Of a stretch of DNA of 64,000 nt, positions 19,756-36,313 are shown piece by piece. Positions within the stretch are counted from its first letter, which is position 1. Each line of letters opens with the position of its first letter. Position numbers and translations under genes: made by a program. The stretch is from NCBI GenBank assembly GCA_009914755.4, contig CP068257.2:31872001-31936000 (forward strand), written 5' to 3'. Below the pieces are notes generated by a model, which made no database searches, was not told the DNA's origin, and saw only the letters and a program-made list of their open reading frames with translations. The stretch is from the human T2T-CHM13v2.0 reference genome, Homo sapiens.

Positions 19756-20104
19756 CTTCATTTCAAACATATCCATAAATAAGTAAAGAACAATTGTGAA
19801 TTAACAAGAATAATGGAAAGAAAAATATTTTATGAAAACTTTAGGGTATGTTTTATCCTGAAAATAAGATAATGCAAGGACTAAAATGAACAACACATTT
19901 GTATCACTTAACACTACTCTTTCATAAAAACTTCCAAAAGGTGAACATATGTAATTACTTCAACTAAAAGCTGCAGATCACATCACTATCTTGAAGTGCA
20001 CGGTGGATATATATGACTGCCTGCCAGTATTCTGCCCCTACTCCCCAAATCTTCCTAGCGAGACCACCCACAGTAGTGCCATGATCTCCTGGTCTCGGGG
20101 ATAA

Positions 20105-20464
<360 letters not shown>

Positions 20465-20625
20465 GGGTCTCTCTTTCTTATTGTAATGTGAGCTGAAGGA
20501 TGTTATCTTTCCGGCATTTGGAGAACCCGCTTGAAAATGAATCCTACACAATAGAGGAAAGAAAGGCAGATACAGGTAAAGTCAACAAGGTCTGACATTT
20601 TTTTTTTCTATTTTTTATTTTTGTG

Positions 20626-20656
<31 letters not shown>

Positions 20657-21086
20657 GTGTCCTGCCAAAGCAAGCATGTGACGTCTTTGTTAGTGAATCT
20701 GAGTGGATTTTCTGCCCCTCTGCCAAGTTCTAGCACTTCTCGCAGAGTCCTGACTGATACAGTACTTGTCAGGGTGCTTGCTCGCTATTCCTTGAATCGA
20801 GCTGAGTGACAGCAGAGCCATGAGGTCTTGTGTGTAGGGAGATTACTTTGGGAAGCGATCCTGTGGGGTGTGGCTGTGCATGCATGAATGCTTAGTTCTG
20901 AGGCAGAAATGAAGAGATACGTGGTATCGCTGGGGTGGGTGCTGTCATGTTACATCTGTGTAAAGATAGTTGCCATAGCGATGGCTGCACTAAAAGGTGG
21001 GCAGAAAGCTTGTGAGGCAAGGCTGAGGTATAGCTAAAATTATACAGCTAAAATTATATATCTAAAAATGAGTAAGGAGCAAGTAC

Positions 21087-21293
21087 CTTCAGCTCGTGCA
21101 ACCACACTGCCAATCACCCAGGCTTCTTCCTTGTGCTGCTGGATATCCCTCAGAATCTGCTCTGTCTGCTCCTTTGATACCACAAGGACAGCGCCAACCC
21201 CACAGTTAAATGTTCTGGCCATCTCTTCCTCAGAGAGGTGTCCTTCCTGCTGCAACCATGAGAAGACCCTGGGGATCCTCCAGGTCTGGGCAT
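21087..21293 (-). CDS. GART: GART exon 17 (D|AQTWRIPRVFSWLQQEGHLSEEEMARTFNCGVGAVLVVSKEQTEQILRDIQQHKEEAWVIGSVVARAE|G)
   Basis: Track ORF 21040-21342 (-). Acceptor ttttcag (plus ctgaaaa, 21294-21300), donor gtacttg at 21086-21080. Confidence 0.9.
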
Positions 21294-21822
21294 CTGAAAA
21301 AAATAGACACGAATTGTTTGATTTTCCTACCTTCTCACACAAAGTACAAAAGTATGCACATATTCAAAGATGTGGAAATTATAATCAGGCTCTGCTATTT
21401 TATGTAGGGTAAAACTATAAATTGGCCTCTGAGAACTTTTTATTTGGGGATCCATTTGTACCTTAGACATTAAGAACATTTTTTTGTTGACACACTTGGC
21501 CAGTACTCACAAATGAGTGAGGTTTTGTGCTACATTAACTAACTAGACCCTTAGACATTCCCTAATGGATCAGATGAGCTAGTAGCTGAATTCCAGCAAA
21601 GGCCAGTATACCATCCTTTTGTGAATGTTTGGCTGAGTCTTTGTGATGACCAAAATGCACCCAAAGTACAATGCAAAACTAGATGGCTTATCTACATATT
21701 TAGAGAAAATGCATACACTCCTCAAGAAAAGTTATGTTAATGGAAGGCGGATCAACACCCTCTCCCTCTCATTCTTTTTAAAATTTAGACTTCCTAGGTC
21801 TGCTATAAGAATACATTCTCTC

Positions 21823-22294
<472 letters not shown>

Positions 22295-22427
22295 TTAAAA
22301 AAACTATACTGAATTAAATTATTTATGATGCTCTTAAGAAAGGGAAGCCAATGTGAACTCAGCTTTTTATTAAATAATAAGGTTTACTATCAGTTCTGCC
22401 TATTTATTTGATTTATTTATTGGATAA

Positions 22428-22718
22428 TTTTTTTTTTCTTTGAGACAGGATCTGGCTCTGTTGCCCAGGCTGGAGTGCAGTGGCATGAACACGGCTCACT
22501 GTAGCCTTGATGTCCCAGGCTCAAGTGATCTTCTCACTTCATCCTCCTGAGTAGCTGGGACTACAGGCATGCGACACCATGCCTGGCTATTTAAAAAATT
22601 TTTTTTTTGGAGAGACAGGGTCTTACCATGTTGCCCAGTCTAGTTTTGACCTCCTGGGCTTCTTCTGCCTCAGCCTCCCAAAGCGCTGGGATTATAGGCA
22701 TGAGCCATCATGCTCAGC
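22428..22718 (-). mobile_element. Alu SINE (older)
   Basis: tttttttttctttgagacaggatctggctctgttgcccagg... Confidence 0.85.
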
Positions 22719-22756
22719 TGATAATCAGTTTTTTAATACTTTGGAGTTGATACAAT

Positions 22757-23098
<342 letters not shown>

Positions 23099-23126
23099 CT
23101 GAAGTTGATACAATTTTAAAAATGAG

Positions 23127-23444
<318 letters not shown>

Positions 23445-23817
23445 CTATGACTCTTAGATTCAATTCCATTTATAGTAGCTGGGAAATGTCCATTCTTAAT
23501 AGTTGACCTCAGATTTAGTAACTACATTGTTCACTATGCTCTCAATAGTTAAAAGTAAATAGCAACTTAAAACTAAATAGTGGTACATCTGTAAAATGGA
23601 ATACTTGTTATCAAAAATGATGCTACTAAGACAAGGAGATAGTGATGACATATTTAATGGCAGGGCAAGTAGCAGATTACCAAATTATGATCTTGTTTTA
23701 GTGAAGTTTTACAAAATATTTATAGGAAAAAACACTGGCAGACTAAGAGTCTAGCTTCTATAAATGAACAAGTACTTCATGAATAATGTAAGTTGTAATT
23801 TTAATGTTGAAAAGTCC

Positions 23818-24122
23818 TGGCCAGGTGTGGTAGCTCATGCCAGTAATCCCAGCGCTTTGGGAGGCTGAGATGGGCAGATTGCTCTGAGCCAAGGAGTTTA
23901 AGATCAGCCTGGGCAATGTGGTGAAACCCCGTCTCTACTAAAAATACAAAAAATAGCTAAGTGTGGTGGCGTGTTACCTGTGGTCCCAGCTACTTAGGAG
24001 GCTGAGGTCGGAGAATCACTTGAACCCAGGACGTTGGGGCAATAGTGAGCTGTGATCGCACCACGGAACTCCAGTTGGGGCGACAGAGTGATACTCTGTC
24101 TCAATAAAAAACAAACAAAAAA
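23818..24122 (+). mobile_element. Alu SINE
   Basis: ggccaggtgtggtagctcatgccagtaatcc... Confidence 0.85.
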
Positions 24123-25196
24123 ACCCCCAGAAGTCCTTACTTAAATCTGTTGTCAAAGTATGATTCCTGGAAGAAACTTTAGAGGCTGATGCAAGGAATT
24201 GTGCAATGGCTTTTATTGGAATACAGACATTTGTGTAACTCAAACTATAACTGCTTTCAGGAATATGGCTATATCACTTTCAGTTTCTTAATGAGGTGAC
24301 TACTATGTTGTTTTTAACTAGTGGTGTGCTAGAGCCAGCTTGTAGAGACTGTTAAACAGCCATTTTTAAAGCAGCTATGATGGGAGTATTTATACCACAA
24401 AAACTGGCAAATGCACAAATCAGTCCTGCCTCCTTTCCCCATTCATCAGCAGGCCACTGTTTTTTAACTATTTGAAAAGGATGATGAATGAACTACTTAT
24501 TAAGGTTCTTATATATGCTCACCAGAAAGCATTTCTACCCAAGGAATGTCTTGAACCACTAGTTTCACCCTCCTATGAATCCTTCAACTCCTTAATATGC
24601 TCAGTCCATGGACCTGGAAGAGACTCCCACTCAGCCTAGCCTGGCCTGTCTGTTTTGCTTCCCTGACTAGGCTGAAATCCCATCTGACCACTCTCCCAGC
24701 TTCCCTTGCCGATTTCCTCACTTCCACACAACCTACCTCTGACTCTTCAGTTCTCTCCGAGCTTCACATACGCTCTGACTCTTGGGTTAGCTCACCATAT
24801 CTACTCACCTCTATCACTCTGACTGCTTCTCCCCAATGAATGACCCCAATACCTGCTTAGTTCAGCTGGATCAACCTAACTAATCTATTTTTTTTCTGTT
24901 CTTGCTTCAAAGCTATATACATGCTTTTGCTCTGGGAGAAAAACTACATGAGCAGCTTCACCTTCACCTGTGCCTTCAGTCCTGCTCACTGTCTCACTCC
25001 TGTTTGACCTTGACTGCTTTATCCACTCCTCTCTTCAAGCTCCCACCCCAGGCCTGATCATCTCACTAATACTTCACAGAGAAGTTATTTTATGTAAACT
25101 CCCTCAGTTTCTACTCCTTCAAATCAATGTGTATTAGTTGACTATAGCTGGAAAAGTTTCTCTGACTTTATTTTACAAAAACAAGGAAGGGAGGGG

Positions 25197-25510
<314 letters not shown>

Positions 25511-25781
25511 CGAAAAACAAAAAACAAAAAAGAACACAGGGAGGGAGGACTCTGTCCCTCACTTTTGCTGCATGCATAAAATTATTCCACTTCCCTTTTA
25601 CCAGTATGTTTCTTCAAACAGAAATCTCTACCCACTGTCTCCACAACTCTGCCACAACAATCTAGTGGGTGGTATCTATGTCCAGCAAACTGACTTTTGA
25701 CCTAACTCTAAAATACACTGGTCTTTTTCTAGTGCTTATTCTAGATCTTTGTGCTGTACCTGACACTGCGGACCAGTGTCA

Positions 25782-26104
<323 letters not shown>

Positions 26105-26823
26105 AAAAGAAAAAAATCCCATGTTGGTTTGATGATAATACTTTTACATGGTTTACCCACTACTTTGGACTGTTCTTTTCAGTCACTCTACTTTGAGAAA
26201 CAACCTTTTGGTCTCCCTCATTCTCTTGGCTATAACTATTACTACGTGCAAATAATCACCCAATTTATCTTCAGCATGACTTCAACTTCTGCTCACAGTC
26301 ACCTTGGAATAAACACACTGAAGATTTAAAAACCTTCTATTCCAAACTTACTCTTCTTCCTATGTTAATGATGTTACCGCCTACTCACCTGCTTAACTAG
26401 AAACCTGAGACTTCTTTTTACTTCTAAGCATAAAATGATTCTCCAATGTGCCTCCCTTCTCTATGCCTTGGTTTAGGTCCTTTTATCTCGAATATGGATT
26501 ACTTAATAGCTAACATTTCCTTTCCTGGTGTGTAGGGCTCCATCTTAATAGAGCTTGAAGTTACCAATCCCCTTGGAGGACCTACTTATCGAGTACTTCA
26601 ACTTTATGTAAGCCAATTACATGACAATATTTTATGTCTTATAAATACAGATAATGAAGCAAAAAGAGATAGAAAAGGGTCGAGTTTTTCCCTCCCAAAA
26701 CCCCCAATGATTAAGAATTTTCCATGTGTAATCATGTGTACATTAACTACCCATAGTTTTCTCGCACAATGCATTTTTTTCCTCAGCAATTTTCTGAACA
26801 GAAGTTCGTTTTAGTGATCTTAC

Positions 26824-26976
26824 CTAAATCTACCCCAAGTTTCTCAGGGAGGACTCTGGGGATGTTCTCTAGTAATCCTCCACCAGTAATATGGGCAAAG
26901 GCTTTGACATGTCCTGAACGTAGGACAGGTAACAGTGAATGGCTGTAGATTCTGGTAGGCGTGAGAAGTAAGTCCC
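26824..26976 (-). CDS. GART: GART exon 16 ([52 protein letters not shown])
   Basis: Full manual reverse-complement translation. Acceptor atgcag|GG, donor G|gtaagatc. Confidence 0.9.
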
Positions 26977-27191
26977 CTGCATGTTGAAGAGAGAAGACAA
27001 AAACTTAGCCTATGAATAGAAAACCAAAACATAAAAATCAACCTGGAGAATGACACCAGCTCTACAATAATGACCAAGTAGCAAACCAAGGTAATTCATT
27101 CCCTTTTAGCTCTAAGTAATCAGAGACTAAAACCACTAAATGCTTGCTCAGGCATTTCCAAGCAGGACAGTTTAAACATGAGGGAGTTTAC

Positions 27192-27443
27192 CTAAAGTCT
27201 GGTCACCACAACCATCAGGTGCTGGAGAGGAGTACTGGAGGGAAGATTTTGCCACGATTTTCCTCACAAGGCTAAATCCATTGCTATGAAGACCAGATGA
27301 AGCTATTCCAACAACAACATCACCCTCAGTGATTCTTTCCAGGTGAGGGAGTTTCTGATCTCGCTCCATGGCACCAACGGCAAACCCAGCTAGGTCATAC
27401 TCTCCAGGGGGATACATGTCAGGCATTTCTGCTGTTTCACCTC
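27192..27443 (-). CDS. GART: GART exon 15 ([85 protein letters not shown])
   Basis: Track ORF 27172-27426 (-) covers most of it. Acceptor cccaccag|GA at 27444-27445, donor G|gtaaactc at 27191-27190. Confidence 0.9.
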
Positions 27444-28036
27444 CTGGTGGGATAAGACAAGAACAAAGAAATCAGAGTATTTATAAATCTGTCTAGGAAA
27501 CAGTGGCACAGGCTACTCTTAACATGAACAACTAACACATGGCTATGTCCTGCAAATATTTAAGAAAATGTACTCTACCAGCTGTCTAACAGAACTTTCC
27601 ACCAAGCATGATTTCAGGAGAAATAGCACTTGTTTCCACAAAGGGTGAGATTAGGTAGCACCTCTACAAGTATATATGCAGCCGCCAAACACCACTGCTT
27701 GCACAGAATGAATGCTCAGTTGAATATAACATCATTTCTATAGCTGTTTAGTTTCAAAACTGCTTTCATATGTATTTGATCTTTATAATCAGTCCATTTT
27801 TCAGGTGATGATACAGCCTTAAAGAAGTGACTTAACTGGGACTGCCCAATTCCAAATACCCTAGCTTAAAAAGTATAGCATTTTACTTACAATTATATCA
27901 TGTCAAGATATAAGGTATAGGCAGACTCCAAATAAGAAACTGTGTTCTAAACGGTGGTTGAAAGGCAATTTTTGTTTGTTTCAAACTTTATTCCCAGGCT
28001 TCTTTAGCTTAATTAGCTACAAAGAATAAATTGTGG

Positions 28037-28405
<369 letters not shown>

Positions 28406-29106
28406 CTAAATTTTATCAGATCCATAAACAATTTCAGAAAGCAGTCATAATGTAAAATAGCAGCTCCTAGTTACTTCATATTTTTTCTTCTTCAGAAGTT
28501 GACTCAATTCAGTTTGCCTCATTCTTAATAGCCTCATCAAAACTCCTTACAAGATCTAGAACTTCATCACCATCCCCTCCATTAGCAAGCAGTGCTTTTC
28601 CATCCACAGACTATTTGGGCAGAGCTTCAGTCGGTCTCCTTAAACTAGTCAGATTGTCTGCACCAAGCTGGTTTAAGATGCTGGTAGCATTTCTATCAGC
28701 TGCGTTGTCTCAGCATGGCCTGTAATGGTGAAAGTGTTCACTGCCCCAGAGAAATGCTACCAGCATTTTAGGTTGTTAAAGTGGATCTCTGGTCTTCATT
28801 TGTAAACATACTCACCCCTTCAATACCAGAGATATTGTTTACCCTTAACTTCTTAAGGAGAACTGAAGTTTTTATCATCTGCTGTAGCTGAACCACCTTC
28901 TTTCTGTTTCTTTTCCATCATTACGCAATTGTGCCTGCAATTTGGTTGTTTCTTTCATCTTGTCAGCGTGGAAAAGGGTCATGTGGAGGACTAGGGTTGG
29001 TGCTCAAGGGGTCCTGGGTAGACCAGCTGAGATTAGATGCACACATGTGCAGATGCAAGATGGCACAATTTCTGGTTTAAATGGTCATATAAAAGAGGCA
29101 GTTTCT

Positions 29107-29690
<584 letters not shown>

Positions 29691-30197
29691 TTTTGTTCCT
29701 TGATCAACCTACAGATTCATTTTGCTCAAACATTTCATGTATAAAGATACTTCTATAAAACTTGGGCGTATATTATTATTTATGTCACTCTATGGGAAAA
29801 TTTGGCTTTAGTTAAGATCCGGAATGCCAGGAACCCATCTGCCTGTACCGTGGGGTCAATAAGGAGGAAATAACTCCTAGACCTGTTTGTTGAGGAGGCT
29901 ACTGAGACTGATGGGGATGTTAAAAGGTGGCCAAAAATTGGGAAGAAAGATAAGGCCTGCCTGACAGTTTGGGAGTACGGGTCTAGAGGACAAACCCCTG
30001 AGGAGGGCTTTGAAGGTAGCAGGCTCTAAATTTAATTCAGGTAGTTTTACCTATATTTCATTTGTGCATATCACATATATGCATCTTGTGATATACAGTC
30101 TCTCTTGCTAGCTACATTGGCACTGATCACATTTTTACATAGGGCTAAAACACAAAAAGAAGAATGACATGTTATTGATTAAAATGGCTGATCATAC

Positions 30198-30396
30198 CAA
30201 GGAGAGCACATCCAGCTTTTCCACAAGCTTTAGCAATTCCAGCAACAACAGCTTCAGTTACACTGAGGTCAAGTTTTCCACAGGAAAAGTAATCAAGGAA
30301 GAAGAGGGGCTCTGCTCCTTGTGCCAGAATATCATTAACACACATTGCTACCAAATCTTGACCAATGGTATCATGTTTATTGCATAGCTGGGCAAT
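30198..30396 (-). CDS. GART: GART exon 14 ([67 protein letters not shown])
   Basis: Track ORF 30172-30354 (-). Acceptor cttacatag|ATT at 30397-30398, donor G|gtatgatc at 30197-30196. Confidence 0.9.
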
Positions 30397-30739
30397 CTAT
30401 GTAAGAACAATATAAACATCCACATTAGGGAATAAGTTCAAAATTGTATCTTATCCATTTGATTAGCTGCTCTTAACACCTAAAAACAAAAGAACACGAA
30501 ATTCTGACAAGCTACTTGGTCTAAAAGCATCCCCTTTTATCCTCTAAAGTACCCTTCCATCCAAATATAATCTAAATAATAATTTGTTATTAGAAATGTG
30601 CAGATATTTTAGCCATTTTACATGGTTATTTGGCATGGTCCTTTTTAGCTCATATATGTCAAGAGAAGAAAAATACATATTTGATATAAATTTCCTCATC
30701 TTTCCTAAAAGGCCTTTATTCACAAAGGTGTCTGATTAC

Positions 30740-30849
30740 CTTTAGTTTAGTTCCAACGCCATCTGTTCCAGAGGCCAGAAGGGGATCTTTGAAACCAGCT
30801 GCTTTTAAATCAAAAAGACCAGCAAAACCTCCAAGATCAACTTTACAGC
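30740..30849 (-). CDS. GART: GART exon 13 ([37 protein letters not shown])
   Basis: Full manual reverse-complement translation. Acceptor ctctccaacag|GC, donor AAG|gtaatcaga. Confidence 0.9.
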
Positions 30850-31185
30850 CTGTTGGAGAGGAAATTAATTACTTGCTACATTTTAATAGATTAAACATGT
30901 AATTATTTAAATGTCTACTAGTTTAAAAAAACCAGTATATTTAGCGGCCTGTGAGATGTACTTCTGGAAGAAATAGATGATTGGAACAGCTGTTCTCAGA
31001 GATGACATAATCAAATCAACTGGGAGAATGTAATCATTTAATAGATTAACATGTAACATGTTAATAGGTTAAACATGTATATACATACCACTTGTTCATA
31101 AGAATGGCTGAAACAAGAGATGCCCTTCCTGAGTATGAGAGATTGCACCATGTGCTCAAAGAATTGATTAAGAAAGTAATTAAGG

Positions 31186-31494
<309 letters not shown>

Positions 31495-31504
31495 TTAAAT
31501 ACTA

Positions 31505-31911
<407 letters not shown>

Positions 31912-32021
31912 TTACAGTAACCAAGCATTGCTTTGGAAAATATTCCTGTTAAATATAAAACCCAAATCCATTCACAATGTATATCAAAGTTAATGAATTA
32001 GCAAAGTATAGGATCACTGAC

Positions 32022-32116
32022 CTGATCTGGAAGTGGCTTTTGCTAAAGGCTGAATTTTCTTGACCAGCATATTTCCAGCTGCGATATCTACTCCAGATTC
32101 CTTGTAAGTCAAACTC
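32022..32116 (-). CDS. GART: GART exon 12 (R|SLTYKESGVDIAAGNMLVKKIQPLAKATSRS|G); first exon of the AIR synthetase part
   Basis: Full manual reverse-complement translation. Acceptor ttctttag|G, donor TCA G|gtcagtgat. Confidence 0.9.
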
Positions 32117-33520
32117 CTAAAGAATTAAAAACAAGTCATCACCTAAACGTCAGGGAAAATTATTTTAATCTTAAAATATTATTTAAAGCAGAAGATATCC
32201 CAAGTGATTTTCACATACCCTAAAGTGCTTAAATTTTTTTAAAGTCAGTGCCTGGGCCACATCTATACAGATTCTGATTTAACTGGTCTAGGGCAGGCTC
32301 TGGGAATTGAAATGAGTTTGAACCATCTCCCCAGTTGACTTGATTACATCATCCCTGAGAACCGCTATTCTAACTCAATCACCTATTTCTTCTACAAGTA
32401 CTTCTCACAGGCTGCTAAATATACTGATTCTTTTAAATGATTTTTTATTAAGGTAGAATATACACAACATAAAATTCAGCATCTTAACCATTTTTAAGTG
32501 AACAGTTCAATAGTATTGAATACAATTATAATGCTGTGCACCCGGCACCATCATCCATCTCCATAATCCTTTATCTTGTAAAACTGAACGTCTGTCCCAG
32601 TTAAATAACTCCCCATTCCCCACTACCCCAGACCCTGGCAACCATCTGTTTAAAAGTAGATATACTGACATTTTGCTGCAACTTTTCTCAGTTCAATTTT
32701 GGTATGAACAAGAGAGGAATGCCTAATCAAGTCAAAAAAGTGAAAATTAGATTTGTAAAAACCGTACACAAGTATCCCTAAATAATTAAACTGAGTTCTT
32801 AATTTCAGTAATATATAACTGTATCTGTTTCCTAATAGCTGAGGACAGTAAACACTATGACAAAAGCAAAACCAGGTAAAGATACTCAGTGCATCATTTC
32901 CTTCTGTATAGGACCCACAAGTCGGAGCAGTACATTTAGAGATCAAATTTTTGAATGACACTGCAGATTTTGTAGTCTTGACTTGCAAAAATGAGAACTC
33001 TGGCCTGCTGGGATGCAGTGATACATGAAGAAATATGTGTTTTTATAGAAGTGTCTTTAAAAAAAGCATACAAAAACAAAAAACAAAAAAGCTGCCAGAA
33101 TACAGTTGAGTGCATTGGCAGTTAACTCAAATAAAGCCAGCAGCTCTGGGTCACTCTCAGATAGAAAACAAAGACTGATGTTAAAAAACCTTTTCTCCAG
33201 TAGCAACTAACACTGTGGCATTTCCATTTTTTCATCTTTATAACTTAAATAATTCAGACTAGAATTGAGATTGCAGTCCCTTGAAATAGGTCATTTCAAT
33301 GGAATCTAGTCATTTTTAAATGAAAAATAAATTTTTAGCCTGGTATTTTGATGTTCTTGATTCTTGGAAAATCTGTGTTTAAACTTTAAAAAAACCTGCC
33401 TCTTGGTAACAGTATAGCTTGAATTACGTTGGTAAAAAAATTTTGTCTTAAAATTTATTCATTATCCGTAAATGAACTTCACGAACAATAGCAAATGTGA
33501 TATATTTTTAAGAAATCAGG

Positions 33521-33827
<307 letters not shown>

Positions 33828-34101
33828 ATCAAAACACCCACATTTCCAACTAAGACTTTATTGATTTTACAAGTCAACAGTTTGTACATACCAACAATGA
33901 ATCAGTAAGAGGTCAAAAAATACATTTTAGTAATAGATACAAACGCAGTGATAAAATGAGACTGTCAAACTTTACAGTATAATCAAATCAAATTACAAAG
34001 TTAGATGACCAGTATTCTCATCTTCAGTTCTTTGATAAAACCATGAACTATGTTTCAAATACAACACTATGTGATAACGCAAGGAATAAAAATCAGTATC
34101 A

Positions 34102-34345
34102 GGCCAAGTGCAGCGGCTCATGCCTATAATCCCAGCATTTTGGGAGGCCAAAGCAGGAGGATCACTTGAGCCCAGGATTTCAGACTGGCCTTGGCAACAT
34201 GGTGAAACCCCATCTCCACAAAAAATACAAAAAAATTAGCCAGGTGTGGTGGCCTGTGCCTGTAGTCCCAGCTATTTGGGAGGCTGAGGCATGAGAACTT
34301 GGGCGAGAGAGGAAGACCCTGTTAAAAAAATTAAAAATATAAAAT
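34102..34345 (+). mobile_element. Alu SINE (3' part degenerate), about 60 bp beyond the candidate GARS poly(A) site
   Basis: ggccaagtgcagcggctcatgcctataatcc... Confidence 0.8.
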
Positions 34346-34430
34346 AAAAAAAATAGAAAACAAATAAAAATCAGTACCACTGTGATTTTGCTAAACTTTC
34401 CAAACTTACGCTATCATGAAGTTTTTTCCA

Positions 34431-34436
34431 TTTAAT
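34431..34436 (-). promoter_or_regulatory. GART: Candidate intronic polyadenylation signal ATTAAA for the short GARS transcript, with a GT-rich downstream element at about 34391-34406
   Basis: Plus-strand tttaat at 34431-34436 equals ATTAAA on the minus strand, about 170 nt 3' of the read-through stop. The following minus-strand sequence is agtttggaaagttt. Confidence 0.45.
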
Positions 34437-34603
34437 TTGAGTATTGCTATAACCAGTTTTGATTCAAACAAAATACAAACCAAGACTGTATCACTCCCAC
34501 AGAGAGAAAAGAATACTGAATGACTTATAGGGTTAATGAAATGTTCTACATAGCCATTTAGGCCAGTTTCTGAAATGGCACTACAGCTAACTTGCTTAGA
34601 GTT

Positions 34604-34607
34604 TTAC
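34604..34607 (-). other. GART: Intron-11 read-through codon completion plus in-frame TAA stop; C-terminus of the short monofunctional GARS isoform (433 aa)
   Basis: Reading past the exon-11 donor gives CCC AGG TAA, that is ...QQPR followed by a stop. The track ORF 34604-34879 ends here. The cumulative CDS through exon 11 is 1298 nt plus 1 nt, giving 433 codons. Confidence 0.75.
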
Positions 34608-34839
34608 CTGGGCTGCTGGAGGAAAGCTATGGCACGAAAGCCGACGTCTTTCCTATAAATTGCTCCCTCAAACTTTATAGCAGCTAGTCCTTTCTTGGCT
34701 TCCTCAAGGGCTGATATGAGATTTTCCCGGATGGCTGTGACTGCAAGAACTCTACCCCCATGAGTTACTACTTTGCCATTTTTGAGGGCAGTGCCTGCAT
34801 GGAACACCTCCAGTCCTAGAGCTTGAGCCTCAGGAAACC
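34608..34839 (-). CDS. GART: GART exon 11 (G|FPEAQALGLEVFHAGTALKNGKVVTHGGRVLAVTAIRENLISALEEAKKGLAAIKFEGAIYRKDVGFRAIAFLQQP|R); last exon of the GAR synthetase part
   Basis: Track ORF 34604-34879 (-) contains it exactly. Acceptor tcttctag|GG at 34841-34840, donor AG|gtaaaac at 34607-34601. Confidence 0.92.
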
Positions 34840-34944
34840 CTAGAAGAGAGCATATTTGACATATGATTTCAAATAGCAACAGTATTTCACACCGTGAAGT
34901 GATTTACGATTTCCACAAGTTTCTTTTTTTTTTTTTTTAACTTG

Positions 34945-35240
34945 GCTAGGTGCGGTGGCTCATGCTTATAATTCCAGCACTTTGGGAGGCTGAGGCAAGG
35001 ACTGCTTGAGTCCATGAGTTCGAGACCAGCCTGGGCAACAGAGCAAGACCTCGCCTCTACATAAATAAATAAATAAATAAATAATAATAGCCAAGTGTGG
35101 CGGCACACACCAGCTGAGGTGGGAGGATCACTTGAATTTGGGAGTTTGAGGCTGCAGTGAGGTGTGATCGCACCACTGCTCCAAACCCAGCAACAGAGAC
35201 CCTGTCTCCAAATAAATAAATACATAAAAATTAAAGATCT
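34945..35240 (+). mobile_element. Alu SINE (older; AAAT-rich linker and tail), about 100 bp upstream of the exon-11 acceptor in transcript sense
   Basis: ggctaggtgcggtggctcatgcttataattcc... Confidence 0.85.
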
Positions 35241-35284
35241 TTCTCTCACTTAAAAGAACCTTCCCTATCAGACAGGTCTTCTTT

Positions 35285-35520
<236 letters not shown>

Positions 35521-35704
35521 GATAGGTTTTAATGCAATGTAATAGTAATTAGACCTTTCTCCTAAGAACTGTCTGCTATTTTAGGATGACAACCTAAATT
35601 CTTGTGTTATCGTAAATCTCATTATAAAAGCAATTGTTTAATGAGGAAAGAAACAAAAATCCTGCATCTGATCACATTAATCTTTTCCTTAAGAGTAAGG
35701 GAAC

Positions 35705-36006
35705 TTCCTTTTTTTTTTTTTTTTTTGAGACAGAGTCTCGCTCTGTCGCCCAGGCTGGTGTGCAGTGGTGCAATCTTGGCTCACTGCAAGCTCCTCCTCC
35801 CAGGTTCACGCCATTCTCCTGCCTCAGCCTCCTGAGTAGCTGGGACTACAGGTGCCCACCACCATGCCCGGCTAATTTTTTGTATTTTTAGTAGAGACAG
35901 GGTTTCACCGTGTTAGCCAGGATGGTCTCGATCTCCTGACCTTGCGATCTGCCTGCCTGGGCCTCCCAAAGTGCTGGGATTAGTCATGAGCCACTGCGCC
36001 CAGCCG
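35705..36006 (-). mobile_element. Alu SINE (young-looking)
   Basis: poly(T)gagacagagtctcgctctgtcgcccagg...agccactgcgcccagcc. Confidence 0.9.
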
Positions 36007-36025
36007 GGAACTTCCTTTTCTTTTT

Positions 36026-36313
36026 GGGACAGAGTCTTGCTCTGTCACCTAGGCTGGAGTGTGCAGTTGTGCGACCTCGGCTCACTGCAACCTCTACCTC
36101 CTGGGTTCAAGCCATCCTGCCACCTCAGCCTCCTGAGTAGCTAGGATTATAGGCATGCACCACCACATTTGGCTAATTGTTTTTGTATTTTTAGTGGAGA
36201 CGGGGTTTCACCATGTTGGCCAGGCTGGTCTCGAACTCCTGACCTCAAGTGATCTGCCCGCTTCGGCCTCCCCAAGTGTTAGGATTACAGGTGTGAGCCA
36301 CCGTGCCTGGCCT
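36026..36313 (-). mobile_element. Alu SINE
   Basis: tttttgggacagagtcttgctctgtcacctagg...gagccaccgtgcctggcc. Confidence 0.9.

Noticed and set aside
34887-35249. 120-aa minus-strand ORF just upstream of exon 11
   Set aside because: It lies entirely within an antisense Alu (34945-35240).
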